Shown one piece after another: positions 29,665 to 38,876 of a stretch of 64,000 nt of DNA. The position numbers and the translations under genes were made by a program. The stretch's first letter is position 1. Every line of letters starts with the position of its first letter. This DNA comes from Dehalococcoidia bacterium (GTDB lineage Bacteria; Chloroflexota; Dehalococcoidia; Lucifugimonadales; Australimonadaceae), in NCBI GenBank assembly GCA_022820645.1, contig JAJEFD010000013.1, positions 71,308 to 135,307 of the forward strand, read 5' to 3'. Below the pieces are notes generated by a model. That model did not search any database. It was not told where the DNA came from and was given only the letters and a program-made list of their open reading frames with translations.

Positions 29665-29772
29665 GGCGGACCTCCGTCACGGGAGATGGGCGTAGGGAGC
29701 GAGCATACCAAAGATGCCGAACGGGGGAGGGCCCCACGCACCGCACCCCGCCGTGTGACCTGCCCGGTCACT

Positions 29773-29799
29773 CTGGATTCCCGCCGGTGCGGGAATGAC
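29773..29799 (-). repeat. type-A REP hairpin copy (inverted orientation)
   Basis: ctggattcccgccggtgcgggaatgac, preceded by gtgacctgcccggtcac. Confidence 0.9.
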
Positions 29800-29872
29800 G
29801 GGGGAGCGTGTCATTGACCGCCCTCCGAGCCCGTCCCCATAATGGCCGCGTCACCAGACAAGGGGGTGTCCC

Positions 29873-31015
29873 ATGATCGAATGGCTCGGCATCGAACATC
29901 TCTTCGAGCTTTCCGGGACTGAAGCGGTCTGGGCGTTCTTCACCCCGCTCATCGTCTTCGCCGTGTTCGCCGTGTTGCAGATCGTCCTGCCGGCGAGGCG
30001 GGTGCCCGGCTACGTCATCGACGAGGCGACCGGCCAACCCCGCAACTACCGGCTGAACGGTCTCCTCGTGTTCGTTATCGTGCTCATCGTGTGGGCCACG
30101 GAGGTCACCGGGATGCCGCGCGAGTGGTTCTACCGGGCGTCGGTCTACTCCGTGGCGGGCGGGACGGTCTTCACGCTCATCTTCGCGCTCGTGGCCGTGT
30201 TCGGCCAGCCGAAGGGCGACAGTGCGAAAGGCCCCCTCGCGGAGCTGTGGACCGGGCGGGTGCGGGAGATCTCGCTGTTCAAGGACCGTTTCGACATCAA
30301 GATGTGGTTCTACGTCGTGGGCGGGTCGATGCTGTCGCTCAACGCGCTGTCGGGGGCCGCGTACCACTACGACCGCTTCGGCGACAACGCCAACCCGGGC
30401 GTGTTCCTGTACGCCGCGTTCTTCACGTTCTACATCCTCGACTACTTCGTCTTCGAGCGCGTCCAGCTCTACACCTACGACCTGATCCACGAGCGGCTCG
30501 GCTTCATGCTGTTCTGGGGTGGCCTCGTAATCTACGGGTGGCTGTTCATCCTGCCGCTGTGGGGCATGGCCGCTCACCCTGACCCCGGGTTCTCCGCGCC
30601 GTGGACGTACGTGTGGCTCATCGGGACGCCTCTGCTCTTCCTGTTCGGATGGAGCATCTCGCGCGGGGCGAACATGCAGAAATACATGTTCAAGCGGTTC
30701 CCCGACCGCAAGTTCCTCGGCATCATCGAGCCGAAGTACATCGAGGTCGGCGAGCGCAAGATCCTGTACAGCGGTTACTGGGGCGTGGCCCGCCACTTCA
30801 ACTACATGGGCGAGGGGTTCGCCTCGCTCTCGATAGCCCTCGTGTTCGGCCACTTCGGCAATCCCTGGGCGTGGATCTACTTCGTTTTCATCGTCTCGCT
30901 GTTCACGTCGCGCCAGCGCGACGACGACAAGCACTGCGCCGAGAAGTACGGCGAGGAGAAGTGGGCGGAGTACAAGTCGCTGGTGAAGTACCGGATATTC
31001 CCAGGGGTGTACTAG
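29873..31015 (+). CDS. ERG4/ERG24-type sterol reductase family membrane protein
   Basis: Polytopic, 380 aa. It has LYSGYWGVARHFNYMGEGF and the C-terminal SRQRDDDKHCAEKYGEEKWAEYKSLVKYRIFPGVY signature. The SD aagggggtg lies upstream. Confidence 0.8.
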   Translation: MIEWLGIEHLFELSGTEAVWAFFTPLIVFAVFAVLQIVLPARRVPGYVIDEATGQPRNYRLNGLLVFVIVLIVWATEVTGMPREWFYRASVYSVAGGTVFTLIFALVAVFGQPKGDSAKGPLAELWTGRVREISLFKDRFDIKMWFYVVGGSMLSLNALSGAAYHYDRFGDNANPGVFLYAAFFTFYILDYFVFERVQLYTYDLIHERLGFMLFWGGLVIYGWLFILPLWGMAAHPDPGFSAPWTYVWLIGTPLLFLFGWSISRGANMQKYMFKRFPDRKFLGIIEPKYIEVGERKILYSGYWGVARHFNYMGEGFASLSIALVFGHFGNPWAWIYFVFIVSLFTSRQRDDDKHCAEKYGEEKWAEYKSLVKYRIFPGVY

Positions 31016-31154
31016 GGGACAGGGCACCCACGAGAGGTGTCCCTACACCAGACACCAACCCTCACCCGCCGCGCGAGCGCGTCGACCTCTCCCAGGGGGC
31101 GAGGTGGGGGGCTACCTCCGCGCCACACCCCACCGTGTGACCTCCCCGGTCACT

Positions 31155-31181
31155 CTGGATTCCAGCCGGTGCTGGAATGAC
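31155..31181 (-). repeat. type-A REP hairpin copy (inverted orientation)
   Basis: ctggattccagccggtgctggaatgac, preceded by gtgacctccccggtcac. Type D and C copies lie at about 31020-31110. Confidence 0.9.
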
Positions 31182-31199
31182 GAGGCTTGCGCCGCGCGG

Positions 31200-32564
31200 C
31201 TAGGGCTCGGTGAGGAGGGGGCGGAGGACGGAGGCGGGGGTCGTGTCGAGGGCGTGGACGGCGGAGACGACGTCGCGGGCGCGCTGCTCGCCGTAGACGC
31301 CGCCGATGAGGTCCAGCGCCTTCTCGTCGACCTCTTCGGTGGTCATGGGGTTGTCCGCGGTGCCGTGGACGGCGGGGACGTGGCGCTCCAGGACGGCGTT
31401 CGCGGTGTGGATGCGCACGGTGGCGGGGCGCTGGCGCTCCATCCCCGCGAACTCCGGGTTGCCCTGCAGGCGGACCTTCGCCATCAACTCCTGCACGTCG
31501 GGGTCGCTCATGCGCTCGTAGGTGTGGGTCGCCTGGAAGGTGAGCCTGCCGCCGTCGAGGGCGATGACGGCCATGCAGTACTGCAGGTTCACGTCCGGCA
31601 TGTGGCGTCCGTTGACGATGTTCGCGCCCTGCGGCGGGAGCAGCGCCTCGACCTCGCGGATGTCGGAGGGGGTGAGGCCGTGCTCGACGACGAGGGAGGT
31701 CATCGCCTCGGCGGCGGCCTGGATGGGCGAGCCGACGGAGAATTTCTTGATGTTGGTGAGCGTGATCTCGTAGTGGTCGCCGAGGCTCGAAACCCACTGA
31801 GGGAAGTCGTCGCGGCGGGGGCAGAAGACGTCCAGGAAGCCGTTCTCGCCCTCGAAGGCGTCCTCCTCGCCGCTCATGCCGCTCTCGACGAAGAGCGCGG
31901 AGGTGACGCCGGAGCGCGCGCCGTTGCCGCCGAACACGAACGACTTCTCGACGTGCTCAGAGTCGCGGGCCCACGACGTGATGCCGGAGGCCTGCTGCGC
32001 GGTGTAGGAGAGGGCGTAGCGGACGCCCTGCGGATCGAGTCCGACGAGGGCCGACGCGGCAGCTGCCGAGCCGAACATGGGGCCGATGGTGTGGGTGGCG
32101 TGGCCGTGCCAGCCCCGGGCGTCGATGCCGCCCATGAGCCGCGCGATGCGCGAACCGACGTCGTAGCCGAGGGCGACGGCGCGCAGCAGCGCCTCGCCCG
32201 AGGCGTCCTGACGCTCGGCCACCGCGAGCGCGGCGGGGACGACGGCGCAGCCGGGGTGAGTGAGCGACGGCGCGTGGGAGTCGTCGGTCTCGTCGGAGTG
32301 GGCGAGCATGCCGTTGGCCATCGCGGCGTTGATGGCGGTAGTGACGACGTTCGAGCCGACGACGGCGGCCTCGGGGACGCCTCCCTGCGAGCGGACGAAG
32401 TTGATGGCGGCCTCGCCGGGTTTGAGCCGGGAGCCGGTGACCATCGCCGCGATGGTGTCGAGGACGTGGTGCTTCGTCTTCTCCAGCACGGCGGGCGGCA
32501 GGGGCCTGTCGAGCGCGGTTGCGACGTAGGAGGCGAGGGTTTCGAGCGTGGATTGCTGGGGCAT
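31200..32564 (-). CDS. MmgE/PrpD family protein (2-methylcitrate dehydratase-like)
   Basis: LASYVATALDRPLPPAVLEKTKHHVLDTIAAMVTGS..., 454 aa, typical PrpD N- and C-domains. Confidence 0.88.
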   Translation of the reverse strand: MPQQSTLETLASYVATALDRPLPPAVLEKTKHHVLDTIAAMVTGSRLKPGEAAINFVRSQGGVPEAAVVGSNVVTTAINAAMANGMLAHSDETDDSHAPSLTHPGCAVVPAALAVAERQDASGEALLRAVALGYDVGSRIARLMGGIDARGWHGHATHTIGPMFGSAAAASALVGLDPQGVRYALSYTAQQASGITSWARDSEHVEKSFVFGGNGARSGVTSALFVESGMSGEEDAFEGENGFLDVFCPRRDDFPQWVSSLGDHYEITLTNIKKFSVGSPIQAAAEAMTSLVVEHGLTPSDIREVEALLPPQGANIVNGRHMPDVNLQYCMAVIALDGGRLTFQATHTYERMSDPDVQELMAKVRLQGNPEFAGMERQRPATVRIHTANAVLERHVPAVHGTADNPMTTEEVDEKALDLIGGVYGEQRARDVVSAVHALDTTPASVLRPLLTEP

Positions 32565-32583
32565 GGGGTCTCCTCCCGGGGCG

Positions 32584-33339
32584 CTACTGGAGTATCTCGC
32601 CGCCGTTGATGTGGAAGGTCTGTCCCGTCACGTAGCCCGCGTGTTTGCCGCAGAGGTAGACGACGAGGGCCGCGACCTCCTCCGGGTGGCCGAAGCGGGG
32701 GATGGGGAGCCTGGGGTCGATGCCGGAGATGTCGACGTCGCGCTCGGTGCCGGGGTCGCGTTCGCCTTCGATGGAGGCGGGGGCGATGGCGTTGACGGTG
32801 ACGCCGTGCTTGCCGAACTCGCGGGCGAGCCCACGGGTGAGGCCGACGACGCCGAGTTTGACGGCGGCCTTCATCGCGCCGCCGCCACGATAGGCGGAGA
32901 CGCCGGAGTAGTTCACGATGCGCCCCCAGCCGCGCTCGACCATGCCGGGCAGCACCGCGCGGCTGGCGAAGATGGGGCCGTCCAGGTTCGCGGCGGCGGT
33001 CGCGCGCCAGTCCTCGTTGGACATACTGAGGAAGGGGCCCTGCACACGGTTCGTCGCGTTGTTGACGAGGACGTCGACTCCGCCGAAGGCGCGTTCCGCC
33101 GCCTGGACCGCGTCCCTCACCTGGTCCTCGTCACCAACGTCGCAGAGGGCGGTCACGACCTCGGCGCCGGCGGCGCGGCAGGCGGCAGCTGTCTCCTGGA
33201 GGAGGCTGTCGCTGCGGCGCGTCGTGAGCACGAGGCGCGCGCCTTCGGCGGCGAACGCTTCGGCAGTCGCCCGTCCGATGTTCCGTCCCGCGCCCGTGAT
33301 GAGCACGACCTTGTCCGTGAGACCCATGTCCATGGCCAC
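32584..33339 (-). CDS. SDR family oxidoreductase
   Basis: KVVLITGAGRNIGRATAEAFAAEGARLVL, NNAT, and the YxxxK region AYRGGGAMKAAVK. Confidence 0.9.
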   Translation of the reverse strand: MAMDMGLTDKVVLITGAGRNIGRATAEAFAAEGARLVLTTRRSDSLLQETAAACRAAGAEVVTALCDVGDEDQVRDAVQAAERAFGGVDVLVNNATNRVQGPFLSMSNEDWRATAAANLDGPIFASRAVLPGMVERGWGRIVNYSGVSAYRGGGAMKAAVKLGVVGLTRGLAREFGKHGVTVNAIAPASIEGERDPGTERDVDISGIDPRLPIPRFGHPEEVAALVVYLCGKHAGYVTGQTFHINGGEILQ

Positions 33340-33342
33340 ACC

Positions 33343-34596
33343 TCAGGCAGCGTTGTTGACGACGACGCGCCCGGCCTTCAGGACGGCGAGGACGCGCGCG
33401 ACGTCGGATATCTGTTCGTCCGGGTTACCGTTGACGATGAGCAGGTCGGCTTCCTTGCCGGGCGCGACGGTGCCGACAGTGTCGTCGATGCCGAGCGCCT
33501 TCGCGTTGCCTCCCGTCGCCGAGGCGACCGCTCCGGCGGGGGTGAGCCCTGCGTCCACCATCGCGGCGAGTTCGAGGTCGAAGCGTCCGAACGGGTAGAC
33601 GCCCCAGCCGCAGTCGGAGCCGGCCATCAGCTGAACGCCGTGCTCGATCAGCTTGCCCACCTGTTCGAGGGTCGTGGCGTGGCCGCGGCGCATGCGGTCG
33701 AGCATCGTCGTCTCTTCTTCCGTGGCGACGCCCCGGTCGACGCGGTCCTGGAGGATGGGGATGCGGCTGCGCGTGATCTGCAGCGTGGGGTTCACGCATA
33801 TCCCGCGCTCCGCGATGTCGGCGGCGAGGTGCTCGTCGAAGACCCGCGTGCCGTGTTCGTCGGTGAACCAGCCGTGCATGATGGCGTCGTACTCGGCGTC
33901 GACGACCATCCGCATGGCCTCGTTCGAGCGGCAGTGGGCGACGACCTTGCGGTCGCGGCGGTGTCCTTCCAGCGAGATGGTGGTCAACTCCTCGGGCGAG
34001 AACTGCGGACGGAACGGGTCCGACCCAAGCGTGCTGCCGCCCGTCGCCATGACCTTCAGGAAGTCGGCGCCCTCCTTGATGAGCTGACGCGCCGCATGCC
34101 GGACACCGTCCACGCCGTCGGCCTCGGAGCCCATGAACCAGCAGTGGCCGCCGCTGACCGTGATGGGGCGGCCCGAGGCGAGCACGCGGGAGCCGTGGAC
34201 GACGCCCTGCTGCAGGCCGTCCTTGAGGCGGAACGTGGTCTGGTTCCAGCCGCCGCAGTCGCAGACCGTCGTCACGCCGGTCTCGAGAGCACGCCCCACG
34301 TTGTGCGCCGAGCGCAGCAGGCGGATGGCGTCGTCATCGACGAGGTGCACGTCCTCGCCGCGCCTGCCGTCGCCGGGCATGTTCGTGTGCGTGTGGCAAT
34401 CGATCAGGCCGGGCAGGAGCGTTGCGTTGGAGAAATCGAGCACCTGCCCGTCAGGGGGCGCGGCGTCGGAGGCGGGGCCCACCGACACGATGCGCGACCC
34501 CTCGATCCGCACGACGACGTCGGTCGCGGCAGCCGCGCCGGTGCCGTCGAGCACTCTCCCCGCGTGGATGGTCAGCGAGCCATTCGAGCGTTGCAT
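33343..34596 (-). CDS. amidohydrolase family protein (metal-dependent, TIM barrel)
   Basis: MQRSNGSLTIHAGRVLDG...LLPGLIDCHTHT..., with HC/AH/GSD metal ligands further on. ATG 34596 was chosen because the track start is 19 aa upstream. Confidence 0.85.
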   Translation of the reverse strand: MQRSNGSLTIHAGRVLDGTGAAAATDVVVRIEGSRIVSVGPASDAAPPDGQVLDFSNATLLPGLIDCHTHTNMPGDGRRGEDVHLVDDDAIRLLRSAHNVGRALETGVTTVCDCGGWNQTTFRLKDGLQQGVVHGSRVLASGRPITVSGGHCWFMGSEADGVDGVRHAARQLIKEGADFLKVMATGGSTLGSDPFRPQFSPEELTTISLEGHRRDRKVVAHCRSNEAMRMVVDAEYDAIMHGWFTDEHGTRVFDEHLAADIAERGICVNPTLQITRSRIPILQDRVDRGVATEEETTMLDRMRRGHATTLEQVGKLIEHGVQLMAGSDCGWGVYPFGRFDLELAAMVDAGLTPAGAVASATGGNAKALGIDDTVGTVAPGKEADLLIVNGNPDEQISDVARVLAVLKAGRVVVNNAA

Positions 34597-34816
34597 GGCG
34601 ACACCCCCTTCTCCGCACGGGAAGATTAGCATGTCGCGCCAACCCTCACCCACACGCTGGGGGGACCCTCACCCACACGCTGGCGCGTGTTGCCCTCTCC
34701 CAGGGGGCGAGGGGGGCGAACAGCCCGAGAGGATGTTGCGCGCTAAAGCGCGGGCTTCGCTCAACATGACAATATCCCCCACACCCGCCACGCCCCACGT
34801 GCGCTGCCCGCGCACC

Positions 34817-34842
34817 CTGGATCCAGCCGGTGCTGGAATGAC
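34817..34842 (-). repeat. type-A REP hairpin copy (inverted orientation)
   Basis: ctggatccagccggtgctggaatgac, within a REP-filled 320-nt gap (34597-34915). Confidence 0.85.
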
Positions 34843-34915
34843 GGGGGCTGCGCCCCGCGTCCGGTCACCCTCTCCCGCCGCTGCGCGGCGACCTCTCCCC
34901 TCAAGGGAGAGGGGG

Positions 34916-35875
34916 TCAGAGGAGGGAGGTGACTTCCGCGTGGGAGGGCATGGCTTCCTGTGCGCCGGGGCGGGTTACGGCGAGCGCGCCTGCGGCGGCG
35001 CCATATCTGACCGCATCGTGGAGCGGCATACCCTCGGCGAGGGCGCAGGTCATGGCAGCGCCAAAGGCGTCGCCGGCCGCGACGGTGTCGACGGCCTCGA
35101 CCTCGAAGGGCGGCACGTAGCCGCTGTCGTCGTCCGGCTGGTAGACGGTGGCGGCGTTCGGCAGGGAGCCGCTGTTGGCATTCGACAGGTAGAACGCGCC
35201 GTGCTCGCCCATCTTGACGACGACCGCTCTTACGCCGCGTTGGACAAGGGCGCGGGCCGCCGACTCGGCGGATGCCACGTCCGTGACGTCGATGCCGGTC
35301 AGCGCTGTGGCCTCGGCCTGGTTCGGGGTCAGTACGTCGACGAGTCCATACGCCTCCGGCGGGAAGCCCTCGGCAGGAGCAGGGTCCCAGACGACCCGAA
35401 CGCCCATCTCCTTCGCGATACGGGCGGCCTTCAGCGACACGGCGGGCGGTATCTCGCACTGGAGCATGAGCGCGTCCGCGCCCTCCAGCGCCGACTTCAC
35501 GGCTTCGACCTGCGAGTCGTCGCAGCGCATGTTCGCGCCGCCGGCCACCAGGATGCGGTTCTCGCGGGACGCGTCGAGCAGGATCATCGCGACGCCTGAT
35601 GCGGCGTCGGGGTCCTGTGCGACGCCGGTCACGTCGACACCGTTCGCCCTGAGGTTGTCCAGGAGTTGCGGGGCGAACAGGTCGCTGCCCACGCGGCCAA
35701 TCATGCGGACGGAAGCGCCCATGCGGGCCGCCGCGACCGCCTGGTTGGCGCCCTTGCCGCCCGGCGCGGTGGAGAAGTCGCTGCCGAGGACGGTCTCGCC
35801 GGGCGACGGCAGCCGGGGAGCGGCCCCAACCAAGTCGATGTTGATGCTGCCGAGGACGACGATGGCCGGGGGCAT
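34916..35875 (-). CDS. rbsK: ribokinase / PfkB family sugar kinase
   Basis: VVLGSINIDLV...PGETVLGSDFSTAPGGKGANQAVAAARMG...DTVAAGDAFGAA. Confidence 0.88.
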   Translation of the reverse strand: MPPAIVVLGSINIDLVGAAPRLPSPGETVLGSDFSTAPGGKGANQAVAAARMGASVRMIGRVGSDLFAPQLLDNLRANGVDVTGVAQDPDAASGVAMILLDASRENRILVAGGANMRCDDSQVEAVKSALEGADALMLQCEIPPAVSLKAARIAKEMGVRVVWDPAPAEGFPPEAYGLVDVLTPNQAEATALTGIDVTDVASAESAARALVQRGVRAVVVKMGEHGAFYLSNANSGSLPNAATVYQPDDDSGYVPPFEVEAVDTVAAGDAFGAAMTCALAEGMPLHDAVRYGAAAGALAVTRPGAQEAMPSHAEVTSLL

Positions 35876-35884
35876 GGCGATGGA

Positions 35885-36256
35885 TCAGCCCTGCCCGACG
35901 GACAGCTCCAGATGGTTGCCGTTGGGGTCGTCGACGTAGAGCGAGTAGCCCGCGCCGTCACGGTGCTCGCGGACATGGTCGACGACGAAGCCGCGCCCCT
36001 CGATCTCGCGCTGCAGCTCGGCGGGGTCGGCCGGGCCTTCGAGGTCGAAGGTGTGGTGGGGGACGCCTTCATTCTCGCCCGCCGAGCCGTCGAACAGACC
36101 GATGGCGAAGTCGCCGACGCGGAGGCGCACGACGTCGACGCCGCGCACCTGGTGCCGCGTCGTGACCTCGGCCCCGAACAGGTCCTGGTAGAACCGCACC
36201 GCGTCCTCGAGGTCGGCGACGGTGTAGTTCCACGAGCGTATGCCTTTCGCTTTCAT
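35885..36256 (-). CDS. VOC/glyoxalase family protein
   Basis: MKAKGIRSWNYTVADLEDAVRFYQDLFG...HHTFDLEG...LYVDDPNGNHLEL. The SD aaaggaggg lies before ATG 36256. Confidence 0.8.
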   Translation of the reverse strand: MKAKGIRSWNYTVADLEDAVRFYQDLFGAEVTTRHQVRGVDVVRLRVGDFAIGLFDGSAGENEGVPHHTFDLEGPADPAELQREIEGRGFVVDHVREHRDGAGYSLYVDDPNGNHLELSVGQG

Positions 36257-36667
36257 GGGGCCCTCCTTTCGATGGCAACGGGACGACGCGGGCAGCGTAG
36301 CGTGCGGAGAAGGGCGGTTCAAGTGCGAGCACTCTCACCGCGCGCTGAAGCGCGTTCCTCTCCCAGGGGGCGAGGTGGGGGAAAAGGGCGCCCACGAGGG
36401 ATGCCCCTACACCAGACTTCACCCGAGAGGTTTCTCGGCTACGCTCGAAATGACAACACCCGCGCCACCACCGGTTCACCCTCTCCCGCCGCGCAGGCGC
36501 ACGGCGACCTCTCCCCTCAAGGGAGAGGGGGACCCTCACCCACACGCTGAAGCGTGTTGCCCTCTCCCAGGGGGCGAGGGGGAGGCGAGATTCCTGCCTA
36601 CGCAGGAATGACAGGGGGCTCGCCGTGTGGCGAGCCCCTTTGTCACTTACGCTGCGTGGGACGTGTC

Positions 36668-37978
36668 TTACAGCACGTCGCCGACCATGCGATTGCGGCG
36701 GACGGCGGACGGGTCGTCGATCGCGATGCCCTCCCACTCCGGGAGTTTGGCGCCGTCGCCGGAGAGCTCGGCCTCGATGGTGTTGTTGACGACGATGTCC
36801 TTGAACGGCCCGCGCATGCTGCCCTCGAAACCGGGGTACTCGAAGAACTCCACCGGGTAGATGAGGATCTCGTTCTCGTCCGGGTTGCGGATGACGTTCA
36901 TGGGCTCGCCGCCGCTCTCGACGATGCGCATCTGCTCCTCGAGCATGCGGCGGAACATGATGAGCCCGACGTCGGAGACGCCGAGGCGCTCGGTCGTGCG
37001 GTCGGTGATGGGGCCCTGCATGACCCACGCGGCCTGGTCCTGTCCGAGCACCCAGTCAGCCTTGATGCGGCCGTCCTCGTTGAAGACAGGCACCTCTTCG
37101 TGCGGGACCACGTCCGGCTGCTCCTGCCCGGGTTCGAGCGGCTGGAGGTCGACGACGAAGTGGAGGGTGTGGGTGTCGTCCACGGGCACGCGGTACTGGA
37201 GGTTGGAGGTGATGTGCAGGACGTGGGGGAAGAGGATGGGGTGCCCCATCCGCCAGTAGTCGTTCTCTTCGGTCTCGTCGCCGACGAGGCGGCGCTTGAT
37301 GACGCCGTAGTCCGTGACCTCGAAGCCGATCTTGCGGTGGTCCGCACCGCGCGAGCCGATGCGTGCGTTCCAAGCGTCGCGAAGTTCGGGGGGCTTGTCG
37401 CGGTTCATCACCCAGCCGCCCCAGTAGCGGTGGAGCCACTGGAAGTGGAGCGGGTCGAGGGAGTTCTCGTGGCACTGCAGCCAGTTGCACGGGATCATGA
37501 TGGACTGCGTGCGGCGGACGCCGGGCCAGACGAGGACGTCGACGCGGGGGAGCAGGGGCGCGGGTTCCGGCCCCATGTAGGCGAAGATGGCGCCGCCCAG
37601 TTCCTGCGCCTTGTACGCCTTGATGCGCACCTTCTCCTTGAACTTGGAGCCCTCGGGCTCGGACGGCTGGTCGACGCACTGGCCGGTCTCGTTGAATATC
37701 CAGCCATGGTAGGCGCAGCGGATGCCGTTCTCCTCGGGGATGCCGTAGGAGAGGTTGGCCTTGCGGTGCGCGCACGAGGGTTCGATGAGGCCGACGGTGC
37801 CGCTGGCGTCGCGGTAGAGGACGAGGTCCTCGCCCAGCAGGCGCACTTCCTTCGTGGGGTTGTCGGCGTCGAGTTCGACGCTGGCGGCGATGGGGTGCCA
37901 GTAGCGGCGCATGAGTTCGCCCATCGGGGTGCCGGGGCCTACGCGAGTAAGTCGTTCGTTCTGCTCTGCGGTCAGCAT
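36668..37978 (-). CDS. Rieske (2Fe-2S) aromatic ring-hydroxylating oxygenase, single-subunit (phthalate/KshA-like) type
   Basis: CAHRKANLSYG...CAYHGW Rieske motif and the NWLQCHENSLDPLHFQWLH iron site. The SD ggaggagg lies before ATG 37978. Confidence 0.88.
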   Translation of the reverse strand: MLTAEQNERLTRVGPGTPMGELMRRYWHPIAASVELDADNPTKEVRLLGEDLVLYRDASGTVGLIEPSCAHRKANLSYGIPEENGIRCAYHGWIFNETGQCVDQPSEPEGSKFKEKVRIKAYKAQELGGAIFAYMGPEPAPLLPRVDVLVWPGVRRTQSIMIPCNWLQCHENSLDPLHFQWLHRYWGGWVMNRDKPPELRDAWNARIGSRGADHRKIGFEVTDYGVIKRRLVGDETEENDYWRMGHPILFPHVLHITSNLQYRVPVDDTHTLHFVVDLQPLEPGQEQPDVVPHEEVPVFNEDGRIKADWVLGQDQAAWVMQGPITDRTTERLGVSDVGLIMFRRMLEEQMRIVESGGEPMNVIRNPDENEILIYPVEFFEYPGFEGSMRGPFKDIVVNNTIEAELSGDGAKLPEWEGIAIDDPSAVRRNRMVGDVL

Positions 37979-38183
37979 GAGGTTCGCCTCCTCTCGTGGT
38001 GGCTTTGCTCTTAGCGCGCCAAGCATAGCGCATCGGGGTGTGGGAGGCGAGGGGGTTTACCCTCACCCACACGCTGGCGCGTGTTGCCCTCTCCCAGGGG
38101 GCGAGGGGGAGAACAGGGCGGGTGGTAGACTGGTCTTGTGGGAAGTGGCCCCGCACAGATGCAGACGAGGAGGACGTGATCGG

Positions 38184-38873
38184 ATGAGGACGGAGATCGA
38201 GTTCGACCCCAGTTTCACGATACTCACGGCGGAGCTCTCGCCGGGAGAGTCGCTCAAGGCGGAACCCGGAGCGATGGCAGCCCAGCAGGGGCTGGATATG
38301 CGGACGGGCATGGGCGGAGGCGGCGGACTGTTCGGCGGGTTCAAGCGGATGCTGGGCGGCGAGTCGTTCTTCCTCAACACGTTCACCGCAGGGCCGGGCG
38401 GAGGCTGGATAAGCCTCGCACCGCCGACGCCGGGCGACATCATCTCCCACGACCTGTTGCCGGGGCAGAACCTCTACATCCAAGGCAGCTCGTTCCTCGC
38501 GTGCACGGAGAACGTCCAGACGGACGCGAAGTTCCAGGGCATGAGGGGCATGTTCAGCGGGGAGAAGATCTTCTTCCTGCGCGCATACGCCGAAGGCGGA
38601 CAGGGCACGGTTCACGTCAACTCGTACGGCGCCATCAAGAAGCTTAACATCCAGCCGGGCAGTGAACTCGTCGTGGACACCGGGCACGTCGTGGCGTTCA
38701 CGGACAACGTGCAGTACTCGGTGGGCAGGGTCGGCGGTCTCGGCTCGCTCATCGCCGGCGGCGAGGGGTTGGTGCTGAAGTTCACGGGCAGCGGCGACGT
38801 GTGGATACAGACGCGCACGCTCTCCTCGTTGATGGACAAGCTCGCGCCGTTCCTGCCGTCGACCAAGAGCTGA
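38184..38873 (+). CDS. AIM24 / TIGR00266 family protein
   Basis: MRTEIEFDPSFTILTAELSPGESLKAEPGAMAAQ...FGGFKRMLGGESFFLNTFT...GEGLVLKFTGSGDVWIQTR. Confidence 0.8.
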   Translation: MRTEIEFDPSFTILTAELSPGESLKAEPGAMAAQQGLDMRTGMGGGGGLFGGFKRMLGGESFFLNTFTAGPGGGWISLAPPTPGDIISHDLLPGQNLYIQGSSFLACTENVQTDAKFQGMRGMFSGEKIFFLRAYAEGGQGTVHVNSYGAIKKLNIQPGSELVVDTGHVVAFTDNVQYSVGRVGGLGSLIAGGEGLVLKFTGSGDVWIQTRTLSSLMDKLAPFLPSTKS

Positions 38874-38876
38874 GGC

